64,000 bases of DNA from Diadema antillarum (GCF_040938485.1 NW_027271017.1:6076001-6140000); one strand, 5' to 3'. Positions 24,596 to 38,077 are shown, counted from the first letter of the stretch. Numbers and translations are program-made. The notes: generated by a model not told the origin, from the letters alone.

Positions 24596-25451
24596 CAGCA
24601 AGTCTAATTTTTGCAAATCGGAGACTTCCCAGAAGAGAAGAAAGGAGAAATGTACACGTGTATGTGTAAACGTTGCATTCATGGCAGGATCAAAGCTCAT
24701 ATTTCCTCATGACGTAAAATTCATGAATAGCATCCGACACACGAAACTCATGAAATTATAAAAACGTTGTGAAACATATGAAGTGTACAGTATCAGTGTT
24801 GTTTATCTGGTTCTATAAACTACAAGTCACATGGATTTTTACATTTCTGCGCTGAGAAGGAGCTGCTCATCTTTCCAAATTCCTGTACAATTACATATTG
24901 CAAACACGATCCTTGGCATTATTTATTAACTGGTAACACAATGTCAAGGTATACAATAAATGCACTTTACAACTCTGAACAATGTGTCTAAAATCTTGGA
25001 AACATGATTGCAATGAGAAGACATTTGCTAAAAAGGCACTTGTCACAAATTATGTGACACAATTCTGACAAGCACTTCATCCATACCAGTATAAAAACCA
25101 TTCCATTTTTCCATTATGAAGCACATGATTTCTGCAAATGCTTTGCAACTTAGAAACATTCAAAATACCTCAACAAAAATCACTGGATGTAGAGTTTGCA
25201 ATTAACCTGCTGTCATTGTTATGAACCGACAGCACACAGTGAAGGTGCAGAGAATCCTTCCCGGGCCAGTCAATACAGTTACTTCAGATATGTCCTAATT
25301 AATCTGTTTGTCAAAAGAGCTGTCAAGCCATTCTCAAGCTGCAGTCCTTTGTATGACTATTGTATCACATTGTATACTCTATACATATTGTTGCAGTTCA
25401 TTGCAAACACAAACAAAACAAATCAAAACAATGTTTTCACTTGCACGGCTA

Positions 25452-25633
25452 CTGTATAAGCTGTTATTTTCGTGAATCACAGTTGGATCACGAATTTAAC
25501 AACACGCGAAAATGTCTTGATGCACTTGGGTGATAGCGCATTTCATTCGCGTCGGCATCAGTTCATGAAAATAACATCTTGTGACCTCTTCATTCGCGAA
25601 AATATCTGTACATGAAAATAACAGCGTATACAG
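25452..25633. mobile_element. Tc1/mariner (pogo/Tigger-like) MITE
   Basis: TA|CTGTATAAGCTGTTATTTTC ... GAAAATAACAGCGTATACAG|TA. Confidence 0.8.
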
Positions 25634-25658
25634 TATTTGGCCATGGTCATCTAACCGG

Positions 25659-25928
25659 TGCCGTATATAAAGACAGTTTGGCCAACTCGGTTTTCGGCTT
25701 ATGAGTTTTGAAGCCTATGATTGGGCAAAATTGGTCGTGTGATCTTTGTGGAGCCATGTCATTACCAAAATACGCTCATACGCAGTGCCAATTGTTCACT
25801 ACCCCTTATTTGGTAGGTTTTCATTATTACGTCTGCGCGTACACTCTAACCATGTAATGTGTAATACGCTGGGCAACGACATGGTGTCCAATTTACGAGT
25901 TGGCCAGACTCTCTTTATTAAATATACG
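25659..25928. mobile_element. MITE with ~25-bp imperfect TIRs
   Basis: ATAAAGACAGTTTGGCCAACTCG versus reverse complement of right end ATAAAGAGAGTCTGGCCAACTCG. Confidence 0.6.
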
Positions 25929-27728
25929 CCACTGCACCTTACATTTCTCCACCATCTCTCACACATTCAATAAATCCTCAATGTCTGATTCTATCATAAC
26001 AGTTGGTATTACTTGTATTCTCTACTTTCCTTTGCATGAAATCAAAGCACTGGTAAATCTTTTACCACTACTTAAATATGGGAACTATATCCCAGAATGA
26101 TTGTTGACAAATGCTTTTCTGGAAATGACAAGGTAAGAGGACATGGAATGGAACATGCACATATATATAGTATCTATATTATAAAAATACAATTCAATAT
26201 CACTGACAGATGCTACTAGTGTATTGCAACATGCACAAACATTCTTTGGTTGCCCAAAATAGTGTACACTTTGGTCGAAACATGAAGGAGACAGAGATTT
26301 AAGAACGTTGGAGTAAAACATAATCTCATGAATACAGATCTCCATAGTAAGATTCCTCCTTTGATCTGCATTTTAAGGTCACAAGGGGGAGGCACTGGGA
26401 GAACAAACAAACAGGAGGGAATAAATAAATCGCTGAGAAATGTACATATTTCAGCTCAGAAGCAGGCTCTATGATCTGGAATGAAAACTACATGTCTCCT
26501 AGATCTTATATTGTTTCAAGATCTCAGTGGCTACAGTCACCTATGACATAATAGTCTGGTCATGTTATTTCTTTAGAGAGTACTCTAAGCAAGCAAACAG
26601 GTATTTAATTGTATTTCTAGGATGGATTGCTTCCTGTTGGGGAATCATAACAAGTAAACTTTTACAGCTGCAGCTGCACTGAATTAGGCAGTTTATCAAT
26701 CCAAAGTTTCATCCTCCTTTACATCACCAAGATTTAAAACTTCTCATGTACACGACAAAGCTTGAACACATTTCACACTGGATTTCAGCGCTTGCATCAA
26801 TCCATATATCATAACACTTGTAATCAGATCAAGATGATTGTCCCAGCTCATCACACATAAAGTCTACCGTAATTAAGATTGATAGGACATGGGCAAGGGT
26901 AGCGATTTTGATTTGATTGAACTTTGGTGACAGTTTTCATATTTGCAGCATTATGAAATGTAGTTGCCCTCAACTACAAAACATTACACAGGTGTCATAA
27001 AAAGCAGGCTTCCTTTAGCTTAAGTGCCAGCTTACACTGTTAATATCACTCAATTCACAGTCACCATCCATCAGTTACTTAACATGAAATACCAATTTCT
27101 CTTCAGATGAAAGGTGCTTTCACCATGCAGAGGAAATAAAAGTCTACTTTTGTCATTTCCCAGGACTATATATGTGCACAAATTGAGATATTTATTGGGT
27201 GAATGTTTTCCTGTAGCATATGCCTCATTAACAGGATAATTATTTACCACATTTTTAAACATATCAAGACTAAGAAAAAAGATTTTTGTCGTTTGGAACT
27301 GCATCTTAACAACTTAAATCACTCAAAGTGAGTGTTCTATGACAAAATTTAAAGATATTCATTCACATGAGCCTGATTTGAATGTGCATAACTATATGTT
27401 GTGGATGCTGATTTGTGTTTAAGCCTCATAATGTATAAATCTATGACTAATCTTTGAAATGTACCCATATCTTGATTGATTCATTATGATCTTGTGCAGA
27501 ATCAATAAATCCATTTAACTAGGTTTATCTCTCAAAATATGCAGTAAAATACAGTTACAAAGTGATAATTTGTGCAGTGAAATTCTCTCAGAGCTCGATG
27601 TATCAATTGCAAGATGTCTTGCCAAAGTGGCTACTAGAAATTAGATAAGAAATTCCATTCTGAGAAGGTTTAAAGACTCGCGATGCCTGCCCCCAAGGAG
27701 AGTACTGCAAACAGGGATGGGAAAAGGC

Positions 27729-28053
27729 TCACAGTGGACCGTTTTCGAGGAAGGAAGTAAACATGTGAAGTGCCTCGGCAGGCTTATCAGCCGGCACCAT
27801 ATGCCCCGCCCCTTTCACCGTCACCAAGGAGAGATTCTCAAACTGCTTGAAGAATCCGGCGATCTGGCCGTTGACCTTCCAGGGCACTCGCTGCTTCTGC
27901 ACCTTCAGCCCGAGGGACTCGACAAACCACTCATCACCCAGGAAATTGCATGCCATGTCCGTGTCGCCATTGTAGACCATTCCACGGTACTTGGTCAGTA
28001 AGGTCTGGTACTGGTCGAACATGGTGTTGTAGATGGTCGAGTATGGAAGGTTG
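27729..28053 (-). CDS. CTSA: Cathepsin A exon 9 (catalytic Asp and His, stop)
   Basis: YNGDTDMACNFLGDEWFV..TVKGAGHMVPADKP..*. Confidence 0.95.
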
Positions 28054-28599
28054 CTGCAGAAGAAGAGAAGTAATGCATGTAAAATGCATGTGTTCGCTGC
28101 TACCAAGCATCACAAACCCATTAGTAACTGAAAAGCCTGAAACCACCCATCCACCTTTTTGTTTATAGTTTTATGCTTTACCATTTTTATTGTTTTCCTA
28201 TTGAATATATAATTACGTAATTTGAAAGAGGTCAAAGGTCAGCTAAAGTATGTCAGAATTACTTCTGTGACACACCATTCCCTTGGTAATGTCTTAATAG
28301 GCTTCCAAATAAACATAACTTTTAATAGAAAAAAATAAACATGTAGTGAGCTATTTTACATATTTATAGAATTTTTTCGACATGCGAGTAATAGTGCTGT
28401 ACCTTTTCGGGAACCATACGCCATTATGTACAGAATCTTCAGTTGGTAAAGGGTTAAATTGTCACAGAGCAAATGCTGTGTTGATATTACACACAGAAGA
28501 AATCATGGTAAACACAAACACACACACTGACCCACACACTTTTGCACAACTTCATGAGGCACATACACCAATGCTTGAGTAAATCAACACAAACATACA

Positions 28600-28630
<31 letters not shown>

Positions 28631-28921
28631 TAAACAAACAAACAAACAAACAAACACCCATGTTTCCTGTTTCCTTGGATTTCCACTTGATGGCTTTTAT
28701 TGTGTCTTAATTATTTCTTGTCATCAATGTAATGTATCACCAAAAAAAAATTTACCAGTCATCCCTGCCATCTCATCCAAGCACAGTTGTTTCGTAAAAT
28801 CTCCTTTGATAACACCCCACATGCATCTATTATTATCAAAAAATGCATCTGCCAAGTGTGAAGCAACATGTTCTGGCGGGGATTTTATTGAGAGGTGCAT
28901 GTGATATGAAAAGATATTCAC

Positions 28922-29061
28922 CTGCATATTTCCCAAGATGGCGCCTGGTCGGAGATGTGGAGGGCCTTACGGACACTTGGTAAGTTGAGGTAAGCCTTTT
29001 CAGCCGTTCGGTTCAGGCACGGAGGTGTCAAATCAAGACCCTTGCCCGCTGGAGAAGATAC
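28922..29061 (-). CDS. CTSA: Cathepsin A exon 8
   Basis: LTPPCLNRTAEKAYLNLPSVRKALHI..WEICS. Confidence 0.9.
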
Positions 29062-30059
29062 CTAATTTTGATGGATTCAAATTGGCATAACATGTTGGAA
29101 GGAGAGAAAGAGAATGAGAGGAGAGAAGGTTAACACATTTTTTTTTTTTTTTTTTAATGAATTACCAATCAGCATTAGGGCGTGGAACAATCAAAGTATG
29201 TGTTTTGTAATGCTTGGAAAAAAAAAAACAGTTTCAGTCATAACATGTCTTGTGGCGTACTTCATTCAGGTGACTTAAAATCTTGCATTACAACAAAACT
29301 TTACTTGGTACTGGCAACAAGAAGGCTCTTTCACACACACACACATACTTATCCATAGCAACCATTTTAAAAAAAATCATCAGATGAACCTAAAATTTGG
29401 TATACTCACTCCCACATTTTATTTTTAAATATCAATGCTGCTGGCAATTGTTTCTTACAGTCTTTATATGGCTTTCAATCACACTTGCACCTGCCTTACC
29501 TATGGCAAATGGAGGAACCAACATCCGACGCACACACACACAAAAATTATAACAAAAAAAAAAGTCTACATGAATCATCCTTTTACTTTTTACACTTCAT
29601 TTTGTGCTTCAAAATTTCAGATTTATGGACAAAGAATTACTGCTTCAAAAATGTCCCAAACCCCAAATCATTTATGTTGACAAAAAACAAACAAACATAT
29701 TTTCAGGTCTGCAAAGGAAATCAAACTTCTTTGTGACTTCTGGTAGGTTTTGTGATGCATGATATCCTTCCCAAAAGGGAGGGTGAAAAGGTCTGATGAT
29801 CTGCAATGAGGTGACAGGCAAACAATGTGAGATAGCTTTGATATGGTAGTGGAATGTTCAAAGACAGTGGTAGAGTTAGAAGGGAGATGTGTTAATCAGG
29901 TCAATGTTCAGAGGAGGTACGTGGATGTTGTTTGTGCTAGGAGATCGAAGAAAATTGCCTCAACAAAGGAGGAATTATCAATTGGGACAAAGAACAATAA
30001 TCGGCGATGGCAATACTACAAAGAGAGCAACTAAAACAAGTATCCTCATAATTATTGAT

Positions 30060-30250
30060 AGTAGTGGAAGTAGTAGCAGGGGGAATGAAGTAAGTGGTGG
30101 TTGTACTAGTAATAGCAACTGCAGTTGTAGAGTACTAGGAGTAGTAGTAGCAATGGTAGCAGTAGTAGACATCACAGCAGTTGCAGGAAAAGTAGACATA
30201 GTGGCAGTATTTGTGGTGGTGGTGGTGGTGGTTACACAAGTGGTAGTGGT
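30060..30250. repeat. Degenerate (TAG/TGG/CAG)n trinucleotide repeat in CTSA intron
   Basis: Runs of GTAGTAGTAGCA and GTGGTGGTGG. Confidence 0.8.
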
Positions 30251-30260
30251 GTGTCCTCAC

Positions 30261-30428
30261 CCTGTAAAACTTTGGCGGGGTGGTTGGGAAGTGGCCCATG
30301 ACATGCATCATGTCAAACTGGTAGCGCGTCACAAGCGGACTCTTTCCAGATGGCCCCGAATAGCAGTCAGCATAGAGGGAGTACTCATTCAGCCCAATGT
30401 TGTATACAATGTCCAGAGACTCGCCAAC
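30261..30428 (-). CDS. CTSA: Cathepsin A exon 7
   Basis: VGESLDIVYNIGLNEYSLYADC..PPKFYR. Confidence 0.9.
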
Positions 30429-30932
30429 CTGGGGGAAAAAATTAGAGTAGCACAAAAGTTCATCTGTAACCATGGTCGCATGGCTAAAACTATAAAAGTT
30501 TGTGACATGAGTACCAGTAGATCAAATTCATGTTGTTTTGCACACTGTTGCATTTTTCATATTCCCCCAATATAGTACAGCCAAAAAAAAAAGCCCAGTC
30601 TTATAGGGGATAAAGAAGCATTTCAAAGACATCGTCTTATTACATGACATACACAAAGAGAGGATTTAAGAATGAAAAAAAAAAAATTATTTTCATATAA
30701 GACAAGAGACCCAGGAGTCACGCGCTCACCTGAGTATCGCAAGTTCACCTTCCATGCATTCTTGCAGACTCTTACCTTAGAACATTGGAAACTTATGGTG
30801 GGGGTAGCTTTGAGAATGGGGGCATGGTGTCCATTTACATATTCCATCACACTGGTAAAAATACCTGCCAAGTACACTGTACTATATAGAATGTTGCAGC
30901 TTGGGAAATTAAGCCCTATCACTTTTGATTAG

Positions 30933-31751
30933 AACTAGGGAAAAATATTATTGAATATTCGCGGTTTGGACCCCCTGGGGCCCCCATGGAAAGCATGGTG
31001 CCCATTCAAACACTTTGAGATCTTATCCCTATGGGAATGCTACTTGACAAGTTTGGTGAAAATCCATTATGTTGTTTTCAGCAAGATGAAAATTTACGCC
31101 CCCATTTAGAACCCCCCCCCCCCATCCCATTCCGCTTTCTTGGGTCCCAAGGGGGTGGGGGGGGGGGGGGGCACCCCTGATTCTCCCATGAACAAACTTG
31201 AAACAACAGTCATCAACATACTGACTCATTGTATTAACTTAGCTCAATCACTTCCAGTTCTAGAGAAAATCTGCAAAGATTCCTTACATCCCCTAGGGAT
31301 GCTACCTGCCAACTTTGGTGAAAATTCATAATGGCATTTTCAAGAAAAAGATGAAAATGTACAATTTGGGCCCCATTAGGACCCCTTCCCACCCCCCCAC
31401 CCCCCCCCCCCCCCCCCCCCCCGGGTCCCAAGGGGGGCACCCCTGATTCCGCCATGAACAAACTTGAAACTACAGTCATCAATGTACTAATTCATAGTAT
31501 TAACTTAGCTCTATCACTTCTGGTTCTAGAGAAGAAGACTTTTTAAGATTCCTTAATTTTGGGAGGTTTGGGCCCCTCTGGGGGCCCCCCAGGTGGCGTA
31601 TGGTGCCCACTTGAAAAATTGAGATCCTATCCCCCTAGGGATGCTATCTGCCAAGTTTGGTGAAAATCGGTCAAGGGGTTCTCAAGAAGAAGATGAAAAT
31701 GTAAAAGTTTACGCACGCCAGACGCCGGACGAAGAGCGATCGCAATAGCTC
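30933..31751 (-). mobile_element. Helentron/HINE-like non-autonomous element with alternating internal repeats
   Basis: AACTAG end, A-B-A-B-A internal units of ~100-130 bp, GGACG/GCAATAGCTC end typical of marine invertebrate HINE-like repeats. Confidence 0.6.
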
Positions 31752-31823
31752 GGGACTTTTTAAAATCATCGACTTGCGCGATTATTCGACATATGCGATG
31801 TCGACTTAGGCGAGTTTAACTGT
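31752..31823 (-). mobile_element. Tc1/mariner-type MITE end fragment
   Basis: Reverse complement TACAGTTAAACTCGCCTAAGTCGAC..; only one end seen. Confidence 0.45.
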
Positions 31824-32060
31824 ATATATATATCTGACAGACAGACTGGTACTTAGGTTATCATTGATACACCAGATTTTCATTAAATTATTACATTATT
31901 ACAACCAATAAAAAATACACAAAGATTAGATATTCATACATTTTATTTTTTTTGTGCAAATTTTACTAAAACCAGATCTTAGTGATCTGAACTGATTTTT
32001 ACATTCTTTTATTTAAAGTTGGTGCACAAGAGAGTGATACAGAGCAAATACGTGACTTAC

Positions 32061-32145
32061 GTATGTGTGACAATTGGCATCCGTTGTCTTTGAAAAGATG
32101 CACTTTGTTCCATTGCAGCAGTTTTCAGTCAGGCTCTTCCATAAG
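32061..32145 (-). CDS. CTSA: Cathepsin A exon 6
   Basis: LWKSLTENCCNGTKCIFSKTTDANCHTY; phases fit the neighbouring exons. Confidence 0.9.
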
Positions 32146-33296
32146 CTAGGGGAAGGTGGTGGGAGGAGATATCAAAGTTCATATCATCAAAATGATAATA
32201 TTTGCAGATAAAGAGATGTGCTACTTTTCATTACAGTTTGGAAAACAATTGCTGCCTATAGCAAGTAGAAGGCATTGATATATCCATTAAAACATGGACC
32301 ACACATTAAGACAGGTGATTAGATTCCCCACCCCCACCCCTTGTTTGTCATATCATGTATTGTTGTAACCTTCTAATACAGCCATGACTGCATAAGGCTG
32401 GAACCAAAGCTTTGAAAATTTATTTTACAACTTCTGAACGGCTTCTCCAAATTTCATCAAACTTCACTGGTGTCTGTGATTAATTTTTCAACACCAACTG
32501 AATCTGAATATATAGTGCCAGTACAGTAAATTTCCCTATATTAAGCAGCAGCCTGGATATATGTTGACATGATCCCAAATACGTAGAATGCTGTAAATGA
32601 TTGTACTACGTTTTCAGACAATCTGATACTGTGTTCCTGTTCCTGCAATTGTCATTGAGTTTTAAATCTTCCTCTATGCAGCACACAATACTTATGGATG
32701 GCAACGCAGTGCACATGAATAGATCCTTGCCTTCACAAGCCACTTTTCTAAAGCAGTATACCTTAACACATGTATGTTTGCTTTACAGTCACATATTTTG
32801 GTGGACTAGGAACAACCCAGTTTGATGAGTAATACATAATTTTATAGCTGGAGATCCCCTCTTCAGAATCTGGCCTTGACCAAAAATTTTTGAACTTTCG
32901 ACATTTTAGAGATGGGCTAATTATGTATCTTGAGCAAAAATATGACATCAGTCATATCAATTTACTAAAATGTATGAAGAGCTTTATGTGACCACATTGT
33001 GAAACAAAAACAGTTCTTTACAAGGTCATCAATGGATTCTATTTTCATGATTCAATAACATTCCACTCACCTTTATTTTCTGACTATTTCTGATTAGATG
33101 TCCCGTTTCAATCAAATATTTTTGATATCTTGCTTCTCTAATATTACTATCAATCACAATACCGGTAGGGACATTTTTTTTTCCCCAAAGAAAACATTCT
33201 CCTCTCAGTCATGGAGAATGGAATGACAAAAACACCACCACATACTCAGAAGGCAATCCTCCAATATTTTCCAAGTGGACAGTGTCAGTCACTTAC

Positions 33297-33388
33297 TCAA
33301 GCCCGAGGAGGCCATGGTAGTAGGCAAAGTAGATGAGGGAATCTGTGTTGGTATCAAAGTTGGTGATTCCATTCCCAATAGCAAAGCC
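33297..33388 (-). CDS. CTSA: Cathepsin A exon 5
   Basis: [29 protein letters not shown]. Confidence 0.95.
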
Positions 33389-33666
33389 CTGCAAAGGTAA
33401 GGAGGGCAGATGGATTGGATTGATTGGGTACAACTTTTGACCTCTCAAAGAATAAATTATTTCTCTGGAGAAAGACATCATCTCTAAAGGCTGATGCGAT
33501 CGACTTCTGACTACTGTAGATGAGAATGAATATACAATGTAGATGTCTGCTTTTCACAATCTGAGATTCCTTGACTTTCTCTTCAAAATACCTAAACATG
33601 AGATCACCGAAAACTCAAGAGCAAACCCCTCCCTTCTTGCTTGCTTTTTAAAGGGTTGCTTTTTAA

Positions 33667-34065
33667 AGGGATGGTACAGTTTTGGTTGAGATGGGGCTTG
33701 AGGTTTAAAACATTTTTGATGATTTTTTTGTTGTTGTTGAGATAGAGAAACCTCTTATGAAATATGAAATATCATAAAATTCCAAGAGGAACTGAAAGTT
33801 TATTTGATGAAAATTTGTTTTGAAATGGCCAAGATATCCAAAACAAAGCAAGCTTAATAAAAGGTTGGATCCACCTTTTATTAGGATTGCTTTGCTTTCT
33901 TTTTTTGTGTGGATATCTCAGCCACTGCAAAAACGATTTTAATCAAATAAAGTTTGAATTCCTCTTAGAATTGTATGCTTTTTAACATTTCATGAAGTGG
34001 TTTCTCAATATCTTGCAAAAAATTAAAAGCTGAATTCTCACCTCAACCAATACTATACCATCTCT
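33667..34065. mobile_element. Kolobok-like MITE (TTAA TSD), copy 1
   Basis: TTAA|AGGGATGGTACAGT ... ACTATACCATCTCT|TTAA; internally palindromic; related to 47986-48376. Confidence 0.75.
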
Positions 34066-34324
34066 TTAATACATAGTTGAGCATACACACTGGAGTATTT
34101 CTTGCTCTCCACACCCTGCACTGAAACACTATATACACATACACAGCCACAATATCACTAAGAAAACATGCTGTGAAAGCGTAACTTCAATAATCCATAC
34201 TACCAGCATGAATTGTACAATATATAAATCTGAACACTGAGTATGCTCACACAAAGTGTTTTGTTTTTGAAGTCTGTGATATTTCACACTTTACAAGTGG
34301 AGCATTGCTGAACATGTTACTGGG

Positions 34325-34857
34325 CAGGGTGCTACATAAGCACTTGCCCGATTGCACTGGGCAAGTGAAAATCCAATTCGGGCAAGTGTTTTTGAACAAT
34401 GAGAACAAATGCTTGCCCGAATTGGGCAAGCAAACAGTTTTGAAGCCATCTTTTTTTCACTTATTCCCCCAACAAACCCACAAAGTCAACCATACAAAAG
34501 CCCAAAGACAATGGCTGTTTAGTGATGCAACACACTTTTATATTTCACTTCAGCAACTTTCCATTACTTAAAGAAGAAGCCCTAATGTAATGCAATGCAA
34601 TGCAGCAACGGCAACACTTAATCGGACCAAGTTTGTTACTCCATTGTTAGCATGCGAATCAATGTGTGCTGTTTATTCAAATGATTGTGCTTTATTAAGC
34701 CCTTGACTAATGCATGATTTTCTATATTATTTCCTTATATCTTGGACTTTCTTTTCAGGCAAGTAAAACTAATATCCGGGCAAGTGTTTTGCAGCAAATT
34801 TGAAAATCTCCTTGCCCCGACTGGGCAAGTGGTAACCTAAAGCTATGTAGCACCCTA
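34325..34857. mobile_element. hAT/P-like MITE with repeated subterminal motif
   Basis: TIR CAGGGTGCTACATA / TAGGGTGCTACATA; many CTTGCCC/GGGCAAG units near both ends; no clear TSD. Confidence 0.65.
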
Positions 34858-34888
34858 CTTGGTATTGACTGAATATTATATTATTTAC

Positions 34889-35047
34889 CTTCATATTGAT
34901 GGTCGCATTCCCTTGAAGGATACGAAGAGAGAGAGTGGGCACGTAAATCCCCCCATAGCTTTCGCCAGTCACATAAAACTCATTGGAAGCATACTCGGGG
35001 AATTTCTTGAAGAAACTCTGCAGCGCTAAGTAGTTATCCATTGACAC
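34889..35047 (-). CDS. CTSA: Cathepsin A exon 4 (catalytic Ser)
   Basis: FFKKFPEYASNEFYVTGESYGGIYVPTL. Confidence 0.95.
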
Positions 35048-35731
35048 CTGGTTAGATGTTTCGAGAGAAATAGAAAAGACAAAAGATATAAACAAGATAA
35101 AAATTAGAAAAAGGAAAAGTGAGAGATGAAATAAACAAAATAAGGAAACAGACGGAAGAATAATAGAAAGAGAAAAAGTGAAAGAAGCTAAACAAGAAAC
35201 AGGACAAAACAGGAAATGAATACCAACACAATGGGGTAATAAGCATGCTTTCACATCTTTTGTTCCTTTTATATGAACAAACTGCAGAGCATAAGTAAGA
35301 GAAAGTACTGCAGTCCATAACAGTCCACTTAAAATAGCTCTTCCTCTTTGTTTTCAGAATCGTGACCTACTTGAGGCACAACTACAGTACATTCTGGCAT
35401 CATAAACATATATTGTGAGGGACTACGAGCTAGGTTGTGAGAAAAAGGAAAGTGGGATACCCATGGTTGCTAGTATACTGTCAAGGAGAACAAGAGATCT
35501 ACCAGGTATGTACTTGAGATGTACCTCATATTTCAAGGCTCACTACGTTCTGAGACTAAGACAAGAAAAAGATGTAACAGTCATTAAACACAATCTTTCC
35601 TCTAATCTTTCCTTTTTTTTATTGGGTTTCACTTTCACTTTTGCATGTGCAATTGTCCATGAAATACAATTACTGACAACAAAACAACTAAAAGTGTAGT
35701 CTCAGAAACACACATCATGCAAATGATTTAC

Positions 35732-35869
35732 CTTGTCATCATCGGTGGCATACTGTTTGTCAGGGGAGTAGGAGTACCCCACCCCAGCGGGAGCCTCAAG
35801 GAAGATCATGTTGGCCTTGGTGCTCCAGCTGTACTCGTTCATGTACAGAGTCTCACCATCGGGATTCAC
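35732..35869 (-). CDS. CTSA: Cathepsin A exon 3
   Basis: [35 protein letters not shown]. Confidence 0.95.
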
Positions 35870-36368
35870 CTGTTGGGATAGTAGGAGAGTTTATTCATCG
35901 ATGCAGAGCTCTTCTAGACTGGTTTACTAACATATTCAAATTTCATGCATGATGCCTTTCTGACATTTCTTCTTTTTGACAACCTGTAAGCTTGCCCAAC
36001 GTTTGCCCACTGTAGCAACAACTAACGTACACAAAGAGGAGTCCAAGTATTGAAAAGCATTTTTGATGTACGGGTTAATAGAATAACTTGTTATTACATC
36101 AGGACGGAATGTACATCCATAGGTACAAATTTATGTTAGTAAACCCTTGCATTATAGTAGATCTCAATGGAAAGTCCTCAAAATTTACATGCAACCCATG
36201 TGTCACTAGCTGAACAGGAAGTGCAAAAAAAAAAAAAAAACTGCTTTTAATCATTCACAATTTCCAAATATATGTTTGGTCTGACTTTGATTTTTCAAAA
36301 GTACATGTACCGATATGTTGTTCATTTAATTCTACAGTAATTTGATTTCTACTACGAGAAACACCCAC

Positions 36369-36480
36369 ATGAAAGGGACCGAGCTCGGTTAGCATGCCGT
36401 CCATGGAGCTGCAACCAGGGCCCCCATTCATCCACAGAACCACAGGGTCATTAGCCGGGTCATTCTGAGACTCCACAAAC
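36369..36480 (-). CDS. CTSA: Cathepsin A exon 2
   Basis: [37 protein letters not shown]. Confidence 0.95.
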
Positions 36481-37083
36481 CTGGTAAATAGAGAGCACAA
36501 AAAATAATGACTCAACTGCTATACACAATTATGGGGGAAAAACCCAATCATCTGTAATAAGCTCAGGCAGGGTGTCATTCAAAGCCATATAACAATTATG
36601 TTGACTATTATGACTTCTTATCCTGTATAATAGTATAATGCTTGTTTAGTTTGTTTGTTTTTTATTGTTCACTTGGTAAAACTGCAAATGCCAAATAAAT
36701 AATCATAAAAATATTACTGTGATATATTCATCATTAAATTATTAAAAAGAGCAACATCTAAAAGAGTGGAAAAAATGTCACTGAAATCAGTCAATAAACT
36801 AAAAAATTATGGAACTTCATCAGTTGACACATTTCCTAGAAATGATACCATCGGTCACCGGTCAGAACCACATAATAATTGTGTGCATAGTAGATGAAAT
36901 GATATCACCACCTGTGTTCCCCTCTATTGGTTTCTAAATCTCTTGAGAATGATATTCACAGAGATGTTGTTTTTGAATTTTGCATAAGAAATTTGTAATT
37001 GAAATAAAGATATCATACATCCCATGAAGCATCATCATGCATGTTTTTGATCAGGCAAGCTAGGCAGACAGGTATGCTGTGTC

Positions 37084-37246
37084 CTAGACCAATGGTATCT
37101 GTCTCTACACAGGGGGCTTTTTATCTGACATTGGGACATGTATGGTCAGCCCCCCTCCCCCCCCCCCCCCCCCCCCCACGGTGACCATACATGTCCCAAC
37201 GTCAGACAAGAAGCCCCCTGTGTAGAGACAGATACTTCCAGTCTAG
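37084..37246. repeat. Foldback element with ~65-bp arms around a poly-C loop
   Basis: GTATCTGTCTCTACACAGGGGGCTT..GGGACATGTATGGTCA mirrored after the C-run. Confidence 0.9.
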
Positions 37247-37910
37247 CTGGAAAGAGCCTGTATTCATGCATTGTGTGCACTCGAGCTTTGCGCTTATTAT
37301 ATTCATTGTGAAATCTGGATAATGTGACATACATTTCATAACTGACATAAGTATACATTTTCAAATTGGGACTAAATTTTACAATACAATTTCTTAGCTT
37401 GGTTGAATAAGACATTGAGAATGATCAGATGATAGTAAGGGCATATATAAGAAATACATGTAGCTATAACCCAGCACACCCCCATACATTCCATAATGAA
37501 TAAAAGAATACATATGAAAGGTGAAGATATCAGTAGTCGTCAGTAAACAGGGTTCCAATGAGTTTAGAGCACATCCCTGATGTCTATACTTGCTGACTGA
37601 CCAGGCCATGCCTAGTGCAGTGAATACCATTTTATATTTCATCTTGAAGTCTTGGATAAATCAAACTTTGATGTCTTTGTTATGTTTTTTTTTTAAATTA
37701 ACAGGTAATCATTAAATTTCCGAGGATTGGCATTCACTGCAATGATTTGGATCATTGCGGAAGTGATGTGACAACAAAAATTGCGACAACACGGTTTAGA
37801 CTTTGTCGCTATGATAAATGAATGGTGTGGACCCTCAAATTGCAACATGCTGAACGGCTAATTAAAGAAAAATGCAAACTATAAAATAGTGGGGGAAAAT
37901 AAGAACTTAC

Positions 37911-38077
37911 CAGTAGTGGAGCTTCTTTTCCGCCGATGCATTCAGGTAGCCTGAGAAGTGACGAAAACTCGGCTGGGTCTTCAGGCCGGGGAGATTAGTG
38001 ACTTGGTCGGGCGTGTACGCAGCGAAGCCACTGCTCGCGATGATGGAAAACAACGCGATGCCAAAAAGTAGACTCAT
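37911..38077 (-). CDS. CTSA: Cathepsin A exon 1
   Basis: MSLLFGIALFSIIASSGFAA..VTNLPGL..FRHFSGYL..KKLHYW; donor GTAAGT. Confidence 0.95.

Larger units (their letters stand above)
27729..38077 (-). other. CTSA: Gene span: cathepsin A / lysosomal protective protein (S10 serine carboxypeptidase), 9 coding exons, 461 aa
   Basis: Nine exons total 1386 nt in frame with GT-AG introns; signal peptide, [25 protein letters not shown] and GAGHMVP motifs. Confidence 0.95.

Noticed and set aside
29889-30575. 228-aa hydrophobic ORF
   Set aside because: Antisense to CTSA exon 7 plus a trinucleotide repeat that produces poly-Val/Ser
34769-35254. Long hydrophobic N-terminal extension on CTSA exon 4
   Set aside because: Translation of the intronic polypyrimidine tract
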